Below, piece by piece: positions 21,003 to 46,407 of a stretch of 64,000 bases of DNA. Every line of letters begins with the position of its first letter. Position 1 is the stretch's first letter. This stretch comes from Salpingoeca rosetta. Taxonomy: Eukaryota > Protista > Choanoflagellata. The notes under the pieces were generated by a model, which saw only the letters and a program-made list of their open reading frames with translations, searched no databases and was not told where the DNA came from. The stretch spans positions 105,339 to 169,338 of the forward strand of contig JAWQFM010000026.1 of the NCBI GenBank assembly GCA_033442325.1, in the 5' to 3' direction. Position numbers and translations under genes: made by a program.

Positions 21003-21456
21003 ACCGCATGAAGTTGGTGAGCTGCAGGGGAGCGCGGTTCCTCATGATGAGGTACAACACCGCGAGGGTCACAAAGTAGAAGACATTGCCTGCGGTTGTG
21101 ATTGTGATTGTGGTTGTGATGTGATGTGAGCTAGCTGCGAGCTGTGTGACAAAGCGCAGCTGCAACGCAGACGGGGTACGCCGGTCGAGAAAAAGAGCAA
21201 GCAAGCGCACTGAACAAGCAATCTCACTGAGCAAGCAAGCGCATTCAAAAAAGCAAGCGCATTCAAACAAGCAAGCGCATTCAAACACACGGTCGTGCAC
21301 ATTCAACAGGCGCATCGCACCGGCTGCGAGGAAGGTCGGGTTGAGGCCAAAGTGCGACTCAAGGTGCCCGCTCTCATACTTGGGGCCAAGCGCAGAGATT
21401 TCCCGCTCGAAGCTGTCCACAAACTTCTGCACGTCCAATCGCATCAACTCCATCAT
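20186..21456 (-). CDS. Fatty-acid elongase (ELO/GNS1/SUR4 family); 3' end lost in gap
   Basis: Exons 21456-21321, 21089-21005, 20845-20675 and 20396-20186 give ...AYNLSCVILAG...LYYIQKFWEFLDSFIFILRHKWNQLSFLHVYHHSSI...FINSFIHVLMYSHYFL. Elongase motifs present: KxxEFxDT-like, FLHVYHH and NSxxHVxMYxxY. Confidence 0.93.
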
Positions 21457-21845
21457 TGTGATGTGGTGCTATTGAAGAAGCAAGAAAGGGAGAGGGGGGT
21501 GGTTCTGTGTGGAGCGCGCGTGTGGGAACAGTCGATGGAAATGAGGGTGGCGTGAAGCAAAAAGGCACACACTGTGCGGCGTTGTGGGCGTTGTAAGCGT
21601 GGTGTGGACACGTGTGCGTGGGGTGTCATCAAATTTTAGACCAACAATAAGCATTGTGGAACAGATTCCATGCGCAAACAACGCCCAAGTCAGTGCCCGT
21701 CAGTTTTTCTGGCCACTGCCAACCAAGACAAAAGTCGTTTTGTTTTCTTCTTGTGCCTGCAAGCAAGCAACCAGCAACAGCGAACAAGACAACAAGTGCT
21801 CCTCCTTGTCGTCCTCGATTGACCTGACGCTTCACCGTCGCCATC

Positions 21846-30093
<8,248 letters not shown>

Positions 30094-30529
30094 CAACCTC
30101 ATCTCCTGCCACACCTGTACGCCTTCCTTCCCATGCTGTCACTTTTCTTCATCTCCTCCACTTTCACATGAGTGCTTCCACTTACCTTCCACGAAGCAAC
30201 GGTTGTTTGGTTTCTTTCTCCTTCCTAACTCACTGCCGTGATTGCGTACATCCTTGCGTTGTTCTCCTCCTTCTCGTGCACAACACACGTTCAACTTTCG
30301 AAGGCCTTGATGCCCGCACTGCTGTTGGTGTTGCTGTGGTGTGTTTACTGCGCTCCCAAATTAGCAAAAGCACTGTGTGGTGCAAAAGTGCTTCATGCTG
30401 GATGTGAGGAACGAACAAGCCAAGCAAGATGCACGTGCAACTGGAGAGAGAGGAGAGGGGAGAACGAGAACAACGGGCGAAGTGCTGAGGGAAGAGGAAC
30501 GAGAGAGTGTAAGAACAGCTGAAGGGGTA

Positions 30530-30646
<117 letters not shown>

Positions 30647-30720
30647 CTGAGGTGGTGTGAGGGGCACCGCAGCATAGCAGCACCGCAGCGATGGGTAGTG
30701 GACCACTGCCAACACGTTGT

Positions 30721-33855
<3,135 letters not shown>

Positions 33856-34072
33856 CGTCGCTGTTGGTGTTTTGGGGTTGTGCGGCTTGGGGATAAGTTG
33901 TTGAAGATGATCACTAATTTTCCATTGCCTGTTTTGCCCCGTGTGTTGACCAATTCGACACGCAGCGCACGTTTGGCAAGCATCAATCAAGCAATCAAGC
34001 AAGCAACAAGACAACACACTAACACACCCACACGCTCTTAGGCTCTGTTGTACTGTTGTACGCACACGCACC

Positions 34073-36151
<2,079 letters not shown>

Positions 36152-36485
36152 CCCACCTTGTGCCCGTGCACATGCGTTTGATAACTGTCGAAGCAGCTCT
36201 TGTGTTGGAACTGAGGCCTTGTTGCTGTTGTTGTGGCTGTTGTGACTCTTGTGGTTTTGTTCGTGTTGCAGTTTGAAGCGACGTTCGTGCTTGGGGTTAG
36301 GGGTTGGTTGGCGATGTTGACTGGAAGAGGCTAGGCGACAGTGCAATGTTGGTTCGCACGTGTTTTTATGTATGTACATGTACGTGTGTGTGCGTGTTTT
36401 TTTTTTCTGTTTTGGGTATTGTGGAGGCTCGAAGCATGTCGTTCGATTTGAGATGGGGTATCGGCTTCCACTGTTGCTTTCCCCT

Positions 36486-36541
<56 letters not shown>

Positions 36542-37143
36542 ATTGCTGCTGCCCGCCACAGCAGAACATTCGAACACGAGCACCAAGCAAGCAAGTGACA
36601 TGAGAGGCAACCTCACGACCAAATTATTGCATTTCAAAACCTTGGCGGCGACGGCGCAATTTCTGAGCTGTCATCTGAGACAGCGAGTGGGACACAGCAG
36701 TGGTGGCGAAGGACAGCGATGACAGCTGATTGGCCTGGCTGGTGGTTTTGTGTGCGCGAGCAAGGCTTGCTTGCTTGCTTGCACCAGCGCGGCAGTGAGC
36801 AAGAGCCAATCAGAGCAGGGTGGCGGAGCAAAGCAACACGCGAAGCAAGCAACACGCGAAGCAAGCACACTCACACGAAACAAGGAGGAAGACAAGCAAG
36901 AAGAACAAAGCCGCACTGCAGTGCACTGCGCATTCACCCACCCACTCAGCAGCACGCACTGGCTGACCGTGAGTGAAGCGCAGCAGAGGTCGCAGAGGAA
37001 AGCGAGCACCCGCAGCCACAATCCCAATCCAGCAAGAGACACGACCGAGCAAACAGCAGAGCAAGGTCGGCGTGCAGCCAGGCAGAGGAGGAGGAGAAAG
37101 TTCTCCCCCCACCCACCTGCTCCCAAGCACCATAACCGCAACC

Positions 37144-37370
37144 ATGTCGTCTGACGACTCGCCAATCGACGTGGCTGCGCTCTCGCGAAAGGCAGAGCAG
37201 ATTATCCGCGAGCTGGCAGAAGGCCAGGAGACGTTCGACTTCACAGAGGAGGTTGCCGAGTATGAGAACACAATCTCCTCGCAACGCAAGCAGCTTGACA
37301 CCTTGTACCATTGGCTCGCCGAACACGCACCCGACGGCTCATGGAAGGAGGTGCGTTGTGTGTGTGTGTG

Positions 37371-37442
<72 letters not shown>

Positions 37443-37783
37443 TGCGTGTGTGTGTGTGCGCGCGCGTGTGTGTGTTGTGCATGCTCGCGTCACTTTCCCT
37501 CCCCTTTCCCCATTTCCATGCACCCAACTGTTGACATCCTCTGCATCCCATTCACTTCTCTCTTCCTCCTCTCACATGCTCCGCAATGCTGCAATGCGCC
37601 CCTCTCCCTCCTTCGCCCACTTCCCCTTTCCTCCTCTTCACGATGTCACGTGCAGGGCCTCGATGCAGAGTCGCTCAGTAACATTGGTCAGTCATCCATT
37701 TGCGAATGCACAACACCCTCTCTCGTGTCGTCGCTCCTGCATGAGGCTCCCACTGTACTACGACCCCTGCCACTCGGTTTCAT

Positions 37784-37827
<44 letters not shown>

Positions 37828-40800
37828 GCACACACACACACACACNNNNNNNNNNNNNNNNNNNNNNNNNNNNNNNNNNNNNNNNNNNNNNNNNNNNNNN
37901 NNNNNNNNNNNNNNNNNNNNNNNNNNNNNNNNNNNNNNNNNNNNNCATGTGTGCGTAGCGGTTGTGGAAGGCCTGCACGGGCGCATCGCGGAGCTGCGGA
38001 GAAAGCTGAGGGCCCGCCAACGCCGCCAACAAGGAGCAGCAGGACGACATTGCGCATCTGAAGCAGCAGCTGGAAGCAGCAGAGCAGGCCGCCGCCGCCG
38101 CCAAGAAGGAGGCCGAGGTGCTCCGGGCAGAGTCGCTCAAGCAGGAAGAGGCGGCAGCAGCGGCGGCAGCAGCGACCAACGGCGACACCAAGCGCCTCGC
38201 AGCCGAACTCGCCGCCGTCAGGGACGAGCTGCACCACAGCAAAGAGATGCGGACGAAAGAGCGCGAGGCATTTGAACAGCGTCGAAGCGAGCTGGAGGAG
38301 GAAATGAGGGAGAGCAAGGAAACACACCAGGCAGCCGTGGCGGCGCACAAGGAACGCGTTGCCACGCTGCAAGCCATGGTGGACGAGCAGCAGGCGGCTG
38401 CTGCAACCGCTCAGCGCACACACGACAGTGACGTGGCCTCACTCAACAGCACCATCGCGCAGCTCAATCAACGGCTCAATACAGCGGCGGAGGAGGCTGA
38501 GAAGGACGCAGCGGCGAGCGCGGAGAAGCAGCGCAAGACGCAAGGTGCGCTTGAGGAGACGCAGAAAGCGCTTGAGGAGGCGCGGAAGGGCGCTGATACG
38601 GCAAGGCGGGAGCTTGAGGAGGCGAAGCAGGCGCATGCCGGGGAGGTGAAGCGGCTTGAGGGCGCTGTTGCTGAGGCAGCGCGGGAGGAGGAAGCGCTGC
38701 GGGCGCAGCAGAAGAAGCTGCAGGAGCTGCGGGAGGAAGACAAGCGAGCCATGGACGAGGCACTTGCGGAGAGCAAGGCGACGCACGGCAAGGTGCAGGG
38801 CGAGCTGAAGGACCGCATTGCCGAGCTCGAGCGCCTTGTCGGGGAGGCGCGTACGCGGGAGACGCAGGTGCGTGAGGAGCTTGATGCGCAGCTGCGGAGC
38901 GTGCGCGTTGAGCTTGAGAAGCAGCAGGAGGCGGCTGCGGCGAGCGACCAGAGCGCGGAGGTTGCGCGGCTGAAGAAGCTGTGCGGGGAGAAGATGCGCG
39001 AGGTTGGCGAGCTGCAGGAGGCGCTTGATGCGAGTGCGAGCGCGCGCAGTGAGCTTGAGGGCGAGTTGCGGCGAGCACAGGACGGACAGCGGGAGGCTGA
39101 GAAGGACGCAGCGGCGAGCGCGGAGAAGCAGCGCAAGACGCAAGGTGCGCTTGAGGAGACGCAGAAAGCTCTTGAGGACGCGCGGACGGAGCTTCGGCTT
39201 CGGGAGGCCTCGCTGACGCAGCTTGAGCAGAGCCTGGGCGAGCGTGAGGCGGAGCTGAGTGCGAGCGAGGCGGCACTTGGTGCGGCGCGCGATGAGGCGT
39301 CCAAGGCGGCAGCGGAGGCGAGCAGCGCTGGGGAGCGAGCGCGTGCTGCTGAGGCGTCTGCACGGGAGCTTGAGGAGCGCGTTGCTGAGGCAGCGCGTGA
39401 GCTTGAGGTGAACCGTGCGGCGTGCGCGAAGCAGAAGGAACTGCGTGAGCAGACGCGGGAGATGACGAGCGCTGAGTGCGAGCGAGCGACGTACGAGACC
39501 GTGAAGACCGAGCAGGCGAAGCGATTGCGGAGCTCGAGCGCCTTGTCGGGGAGGCGCGTACGCGGGAGACGCAGGTGCGTGAGGAGCTTGATGCGCAGCT
39601 GCGGAGCGTGCGCGTTGAGCTTGAGAAGCAGCAGGAGGCGGCTGCGGCGAGCGACCAGAGCGCGGAGGTCGCGCGGCTGAAGAAGCTGTGCGGGGAGAAG
39701 ATGCGCGAGGTTGGCGAGCTGCAGGAGGCGCTTGATGCGAGTGCGAGCGCGCGCAGTGAGCTTGAGGGCGAGTTGCGGCGAGCACAGGACGGACAGCGGG
39801 AGGCTGAGAAGGACGCAGCGGCGAGCGCGGAGAAGCAGCGCAAGACGCAAGGTGCGCTTGAGAGCCTGCAGAAGGAGCACGAGCGCGCGCGGACGGAGCT
39901 TCGGCTTCGGGAGGCCTCGCTGACGCAGCTTGAGCAGAGCCTGGGCGAGCGTGAGGCGGAGCTGAGTGCGAGCGAGGCGGCACTTGGTGCGGCGCGCGAT
40001 GAGGCGTCCAAGGCGGCAGCGGAGGCGAGCAGCGCTGGGGAGCGAGCGCGTGCTGCTGAGGCGTCTGCACGGGAGCTTGAGGAGCGCGTTGCTGAGGCAG
40101 CGCGTGAGCTTGAAGTGAAGCCGTGCGGCGTGCGCGAAGCAGAAGGAACTGCGTGAGCAGGACCGGCGGGAGATGGACGAGGCGCTGAGTGCGAGCGAGG
40201 CGACGTACGAGGCCGTGAAGACGGAGCAGGCGAAGCGGATTGCGGAGCTCGAGCGCCTTGTCGGGGAGGCGCGTACGCGGGAGACGCAGGTGCGTGAGGA
40301 GCTTGATGCGCAGCTGCGGAGCGTGCGCGTTGAGCTTGAGAAGCAGCAGGAGGCGGCTGCGGCGAGCGACCAGAGCGCGGAGGTCGCGCGGCTGAAGAAG
40401 CTGTGCGGGGAGAAGATGCGCGAGGTTGGCGAGCTGCAGGAGGCGCTTGATGCGAGTGCGAGCGCGCGCAGTGAGCTTGAGGGCGAGTTGCGGCGAGCAC
40501 AGGACGGACAGCGGGAGGCTGAGAAGGACGCAGCGGCGAGCGCGGAGAAGCAGCGCAAGACGCAAGGTGCGCTTGAGAGCCTGCAGAAGGAGCACGAGCG
40601 CGCGCGGACGGAGCTTCGGCTTCGGGAGGCCTCGCTGACGCAGCTTGAGCAGAGCCTGGGCGAGCGTGAGGCGGAGCTGAGTGCGAGCGAGGCGGCACTT
40701 GGTGCGGCGCGCGATGAGGCGTCCAAGGCGGCAGCGGAGGCGAGCAGCGCTGGGGAGCGAGCGCGTGCTGCTGAGGCGTCTGCACGGGAGCTTGAGGAGC

Positions 40801-43800
40801 GCGTTGCTGAGGCAGCGCGTGAGCTTGAGGTGAGCCGTGCGGCGTGCGCGAAGCAGAAGGAACTGCGTGAGCAGGACCGGCGGGAGATGGACGAGGCGCT
40901 GAGTGCGAGCGAGGCGACGTACGAGGCCGTGAAGACGGAGCAGGCGAAGCGGATTGCGGAGCTCGAGCGCCTTGTCGGGGAGGCGCGTACGCGGGAGACG
41001 CAGGTGCGTGAGGAGCTTGATGCGCAGCTGCGGAGCGTGCGCGTTGAGCTTGAGAAGCGGCAGGAGGCGGCTGCGGCGAGCGACCAGAGCGCGGAGGTTG
41101 CGCGGCTGAAGAAGCTGTGCGGGGAGAAGATGCGCGAGGTTGGCGAGCTGCAGGAGGCGCTTGATGCGAGTGCGAGCGCGCTGCAGTGAGCTTGACGGCG
41201 AGTTGCGGCGAGCACAGGACGGACAGCGGGAGGCTGAGAAGGACGCAGCGGCGAGCGCGGAGAAGCAGCGCAAGACGCAAGGTGCGCTTGAGGAAGACGC
41301 AGAAAGCTCTTGAGGACGCGCGGACGGAGCTTCGGCTTCGGGAGGCCTCGCTGACGCAGCTTGAGCAGAGCCTGGAGCGAGCGTGAGGCGGAGCTGAGTG
41401 CGAGCGAGGCGGCACTTGGTGCGGCGCGCGATGAGGCGTCCAAGGCGGCAGCGGAGGCGAGCAGCGCTGGGGAGCGAGCGCGTGCTGCTGAGGCGTCTGC
41501 ACGGGAGCTTGAGGAGCGCGTTGCTGAGGCAGCGCGTGAGCTTGAGGTGAGCCGTGCGGCGTGCGCGAAGCAGAAGGAACTGCGTGAGCAGGACCGGCGG
41601 GAGATGGACGAGGCGCTGAGTGCGAGCGAGGCGACGTACGAGGCCGTGAAGACGGAGCAGGCGAAGCGGATTGCGGAGCTCGAGCGCCTTGTCGGGGAGG
41701 CGCGTACGCGGGAGACGCAGGTGCGTGAGGAGCTTGATGCGCAGCTGCGGAGCGTGCGCGTTGAGCTTGAGAAGCAGCAGGAGGCGGCTGCGGCGAGCGA
41801 CCAGAGCGCGGAGGTCGCGCGGCTGAAGAAGCTGTGCGGGGAGAAGATGCGCGAGGTTGGCGAGCTGCAGGAGGCGCTTGATGCGAGTGCGAGCGCGCGC
41901 AGTGAGCTTGAGGGCGAGTTGCGGCGAGCACAGGACGGACAGCGGGAGGCTGAGAAGGACGCAGCGGCGAGCGCGGAGAAGCAGCGCAAGACGCAAGGTG
42001 CGCTTGAGAGCCTGCAGAAGGAGCACGAGCGCGCGCGGACGGAGCTTCGGCTTCGGGAGGCCTCGCTGACGCAGCTTGAGCAGAGCCTGGGCGAGCGTGA
42101 GGCGGAGCTGAGTGCGAGCGAGGCGGCACTTGGTGCGGCGCGCGATGAGGCGTCCAAGGCGGCAGCGGAGGCGAGCAGCGCTGGGGAGCGAGCGCGTGCT
42201 GCTGAGGCGTCTGCACGGGAGCTTGAGGAGCGCGTTGCTGAGGCAGCGCGTGAGCTTGAGGTGAGCCGTGCGGCGTGCGCGAAGCAGAAGGAACTGCGTG
42301 AGCAGGACCGGCGGGAGATGGACGAGGCGCTGAGTGCGAGCGAGGCGACGTACGAGGCCGTGAAGACGGAGCAGGCGAAGCGGATTGCGGAGCTCGAGCG
42401 CCTTGTCGGGGAGGCGCGTACGCGGGAGACGCAGGTGCGTGAGGAGCTTGATGCGCAGCTGCGGAGCGTGCGCGTTGAGCTTGAGAAGCAGCAGGAGGCG
42501 GCTGCGGCGAGCGACCAGAGCGCGGAGGTCGCGGGGCTGAAGAAGCTGTGTGGGGACAAGATGCGCGAGGTTGGCGAGCTGCAGGAGGCGCTTGATGCGA
42601 GTGCGAGCGCGCGCGTTAGCTTGAGGCCGAGTTGTGGCGAGCACAGGACGGACAGCGGCAGCCTGAGAATGACGCATCGGCGAGGGCTGATAAGCATCGT
42701 ATGACGCAAGGTGCGCTTGATGAGACGCAGAAAGCTCTTGAGGACGCGCGGATGGAGCTTTGTCTTCGTTAGGTTCGCTGACGCATCTTGAGCAGAGCCT
42801 GGGCGAGCGTGAGGCTTAGCTGAGTGCGAGCGAGGCGGCACTTGGTGCGGCGCGCGATGAGGCGTCCAAGGCGGCAGCGGAGGCGAGCAGCGCTGGGGAG
42901 CGAGCGCGTGCTGCTGAGGCGTCTGCACGGGAGCTTGAGGAGCGCGTTGCTGAGGCAGCGCGTGAGCTTGAGGTGAGCCGTGCGGCGTGCGCGAAGCAGA
43001 AGGAACTGCGTGAGCAGGACCGGCGGGAGATGGACGAGGCGCTGAGTGCGAGCGAGGCGACGTACGAGGCCGTGAAGACGGAGCAGGCGAAGCGGATTGC
43101 GGAGCTCGAGCGCCTTGTCGGGGAGGCGCGTACGCGGGAGACGCAGGTGCGTGAGGAGCTTGATGCGCAGCTGTGGAGCGTGCGCGTTGAGCTTGAGAAG
43201 CAGCAGGAGGCGGCTGCGGCGAGCGACCAGAGCGCGGAGGTTGCGCGGCTGAAGAAGCTGTGCGGGGAGAAGATGCGCGAGGTTGGCGAGCTGCAGGAGG
43301 CGCTTGATGCGAGTGCGAGCGCGCGCAGTGAGCTTGAGGGCGAGTTGCGGCGAGCACAGGACGGACAGCGGGAGGCTGAGAAGGACGCAGCGGCGAGCGC
43401 GGAGAAGCAGCGCAAGACGCAAGGTGCGCTTGAGGAGACGCAGAAAGCGCTTGAGGAGGCGCGGAAGGGCGCTGATGCTGCAAGGCGGGAGCTTGAGGAG
43501 GCGAAGCAGGCGCATGCCGGGGAGGTGAAGCGGCTTGAGGGCGCTGTTGCTGAGGCAGCGCGGGAGGAGGAAGCGCTGCGGGCGCAGCAGAAGAAGCTGC
43601 AGGAGCTGCGGGAGGAAGACAAGCGAGCCATGGACGAGGCACTTGCGGAGAGCAAGGCGACGCACGGCAAGGTGCAGGGCGAGCTGAAGGACCGCATTGC
43701 CGAGCTCGAGCGACGCCTCGACGCCACCAGCGATGACAGCAAGCACCGTGAATCCGAGCTTGCAAGCAAAGCACAGGACCTTGAGCAGCAGCTGGCAGCC

Positions 43801-44729
43801 CTTCGTGCCGTCAGTGAGACAGACAAGGCCAACCTTACGCGGCTGGAGTCTGAAGCCGCATCCAGTGCTGATGAGATTGCGCGCCTTCAAGCACGTGTTG
43901 ATGAGCTGACACGTGCGCTGAGGGCGTGCGAGGAGAGCAAGCAGGACGAAGGCAACGCGCGCGCTGCCGCTGCCCAGGCAGAGAACCGGCGCCTGTCGCA
44001 GCAGGTTGCCGAGCTTGAGGCCAAGGCCCTTGCCCTGGAGGCACAGGTGGAGCAGCAACGGCGGGAGTGGGCGGCAGCGGTGGAGGAAGAGGCTGCAGCA
44101 GCCGCACAGCTGCGCACAGACCTGCAGGAGGCGATGGCACGCGCGGCGCGGGCGGAGGAGGTTGCGGCCGCACACCAGGAGTTGGAGGACATGCGGCCCG
44201 CAGCCGAGCAGGTGGCGGCGCTGACGGCGGAGTTGGAGCAGACGCGTGCGCTGCTTGCGGAGGCGAGGGAGGAGATTGCGCGGCTGCAGAAGGAACTGAC
44301 GCGCTGCGGGAGCGGTTGCAGCGGCGGGCGTCGTCGACATCGTCGTCGTCGTCCAGGGTGGCGCGGTCCCCACGCCCGGAGACGCCATCGCGGCGGCTGA
44401 GCAGCGCGTTTGTCAAGGCGTCGAAGGACGCGGTGCACAGGGCGGTGTCTGACGTGCTGCAGAAGCACGGGCTTGGGGACGAGCACGTGTCGTTCCTTGG
44501 TCGGGGTAAGTACCGGTTCCGGTATGGCAACGACTTTAAGGTGGTGAATGTGGCGCAGCGCGGCAACAACTTCATGGTGCGTGTTGGCGGGGGCTGGGTG
44601 TCGCTTGACGAGTTTATTCGGGAGTACGTGGAGAAGCACCGCTACCACTACCAGGACGCCAGCCTCGAAGACACAGCCGCCTTCAAGTTCAGCAAGAAGC
44701 ACCACGATGAAGTGCACAAGAAGAAGTAG
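37144..44729 (+). CDS. Giant coiled-coil protein with C-terminal GAS2/GAR domain (long paralog, about 2,300 aa if indels are assembly errors)
   Basis: Exons 37144-37350, 37656-37686 and 37959-44729. E/A/R/K-rich heptad sequence. C-terminal [20 protein letters not shown]...[16 protein letters not shown] is the GAR signature ([13 protein letters not shown].xLxEF). Several 1-nt indels occur relative to sister repeats and the paralog. Confidence 0.8.
38490..43712 (+). repeat. Coding tandem array: six ~714-nt units plus one 600-nt unit, bracketed by direct repeats of a ~340-nt block
   Basis: The anchor GAGCTCGAGCG recurs at 38823, 39530, 40245, 40959, 41676, 42390, 43102 and 43702 (spacings 707, 715, 714, 717, 714, 712, 600). 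Confidence 0.95.
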
Positions 44730-44789
44730 TCTCTTTGCTGTCGCGTACTTGCGTGCGTGCACGTTGTGTGTTGGCGTGTAGCTTGCGTT

Positions 44790-44846
<57 letters not shown>

Positions 44847-45394
44847 ATTTCATGCGGGTGTGTGATCGCGTGTGGAGAGTGTAGGGGTGTGTAGTGGTGG
44901 TGTTGTGTCGCAAGAGAGTGCGCGTTGTTGATGATGTGTCCGACTGCAGTTGCTCTGGACATTGTTTCTTGCATGACTTGTCAGCCCTGCCTGCATGTGT
45001 TTGCTCTTTGAACTTGTTGCTCTGTGCTTGTTTGCTCTTAATGACTGTTGCCCTTGTTACTTTGTTCACTGCCGTGTGGCACCCATATTGGAATGCGTTT
45101 CTACTTTTGTTTACTTCATCAAGTCTGATTGAACGACTCGAAGCAAGAAGGGGCTGAGCGCCGTCATCACTGACCCGCTGACATGACAAAGGACTCGTTG
45201 GCGAGGAAGAGGAAGGTGACATGATGTGTGCGCGATGCACATTGAGCACGTGCACAAGTGCGTGACAGGAGCGAGGGGAGTAGCAAACACTGGCGCAGAA
45301 GAGGGGCCAGGGATGGGGGCGCACAGTGGCGGCAGCGATGCTGTCGAAGGGGTTGCACTGTAGCGAGGCTGACTCGTGCTTGGCGACGGCTTGG

Positions 45395-45898
45395 CTAGTG
45401 GTCGTGGGGTTTGCTTGTGCTGTGGGGTTTCGTATCGTGTGCTGGAGCGTTGGCCTCACTGACGAGTTGGTTGTAGTCCTCGTCGGGGAAGAAGATGGCG
45501 AGCTCTCGTCTGGCAGAGTCCGGCGAGTCTGATCCGTGCACGCAGTTGCGCGTGTCACTGACGCCGAAGAGCCCTCTGATGGTGGCCTGTTCGTGGATGT
45601 GCGTCTGGTACACCTTTGTCTTCCCCATAATGGAGCGCCAAACCTTGATGCCGTCCTTGCGTGCGAGTGCGAGTGCCACTGACGGGGCGCTGGTTGTGTA
45701 GTCGACGAGGCGGCGGTAGAAAAAGCGTCCTTTGTGCTCCTTGTAGAACTCCTGCGACTGCTCCCTCGTTAGCAAGCACTCGCGTGACCGCACAATCTGG
45801 AACCCGCTCGCGTGGATGGACCGCAGCACCGTCTGTAGCCTGTGTGGGTGTTGTGCGATGCTTGGCTTCAACAGCGCCAGCGTCACCTCCTTCAACAT
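45395..45898 (-). CDS. NME6: Nucleoside diphosphate kinase, NME6-like, intronless
   Basis: MLKEVTLALLKPS...FYKEHKGRFFYRRLV...WRSIMGKTKVY...IRGLFGVSDTRNCVHGSDS..ARRELAIFFP. Catalytic HGSDS is present along with NME6-type FFY and DTRN motifs. Confidence 0.92.
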   Translation of the reverse strand: MLKEVTLALLKPSIAQHPHRLQTVLRSIHASGFQIVRSRECLLTREQSQEFYKEHKGRFFYRRLVDYTTSAPSVALALARKDGIKVWRSIMGKTKVYQTHIHEQATIRGLFGVSDTRNCVHGSDSPDSARRELAIFFPDEDYNQLVSEANAPAHDTKPHSTSKPHDH

Positions 45899-45901
45899 CC
45901 T

Positions 45902-45937
<36 letters not shown>

Positions 45938-46033
45938 TTTGTGTGTGTGTATTGGGTGGTGAGACACTTTTTCTGCTTGTTTGTGTGCATGCAGTGGAGA
46001 GAGAGCAAAAAAAAAAGAGAAACAACACTGAAG
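45899..46033. promoter_or_regulatory. Probable bidirectional promoter between NME6-like and PAP genes
   Basis: Divergent ATGs at 45898 (-) and 46034 (+) are only 135 nt apart. Confidence 0.55.
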
Positions 46034-46350
46034 ATGCAGCTGCTTGTTGCTGTTGTGGCGTTGCTGTGCTGCGGCGGTGGCGTGCTTGTCACCCCTGTGC
46101 ATGGCACGGAAGGCCCGAGCCCTCTGGAGCTGATTCGCGTGGATAAGGTGGAGGTCGTGCGTGACTTTGGCAACTCGTCCATCTCCGTCCAAGCCAGCCC
46201 AGCCACCTTCAAGTATGCGTTGTGTGCTTGTTTGTGTTTGTGTTTCAGGAGAGTGTATGCCGCGTGTTGTTGTCTGCACTGCCTTTGTTCATGTGTTGCA
46301 TGTTTGACCAACCCTCATGCTGTTGGTTGCCTTGGTGTACTCACCCAACA

Positions 46351-46407
<57 letters not shown>

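Noticed and set aside
36290-36310. TTAGGG/CTAACCC-like words (also at 5325 and 23405) as telomeric repeat or telomerase template
   Set aside because: Single copies. The intronic ones sit at branch-point position (CTAAC) near acceptors.
42530-42822. Stops and frameshifts suggesting the long GAR gene is a pseudogene
   Set aside because: Substitutions cluster in one ~300-nt patch and other indels are sporadic single bases, while neighbouring units are near-perfect. This is typical of low-quality read ends in a repeat assembly. Pseudogene status cannot be fully excluded without raw reads.
38823-43702. Tandem array as CRISPR array or mobile element
   Set aside because: Units are 714 nt, protein-coding and spacer-less; no cas, transposase, RT, TIR or LTR features.
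38439-44388. Very long minus-strand ORFs (1768, 1412, 1246, 539 aa)
   Set aside because: Antisense shadows of the repetitive, GC-rich coiled-coil coding array; no domain-like content.
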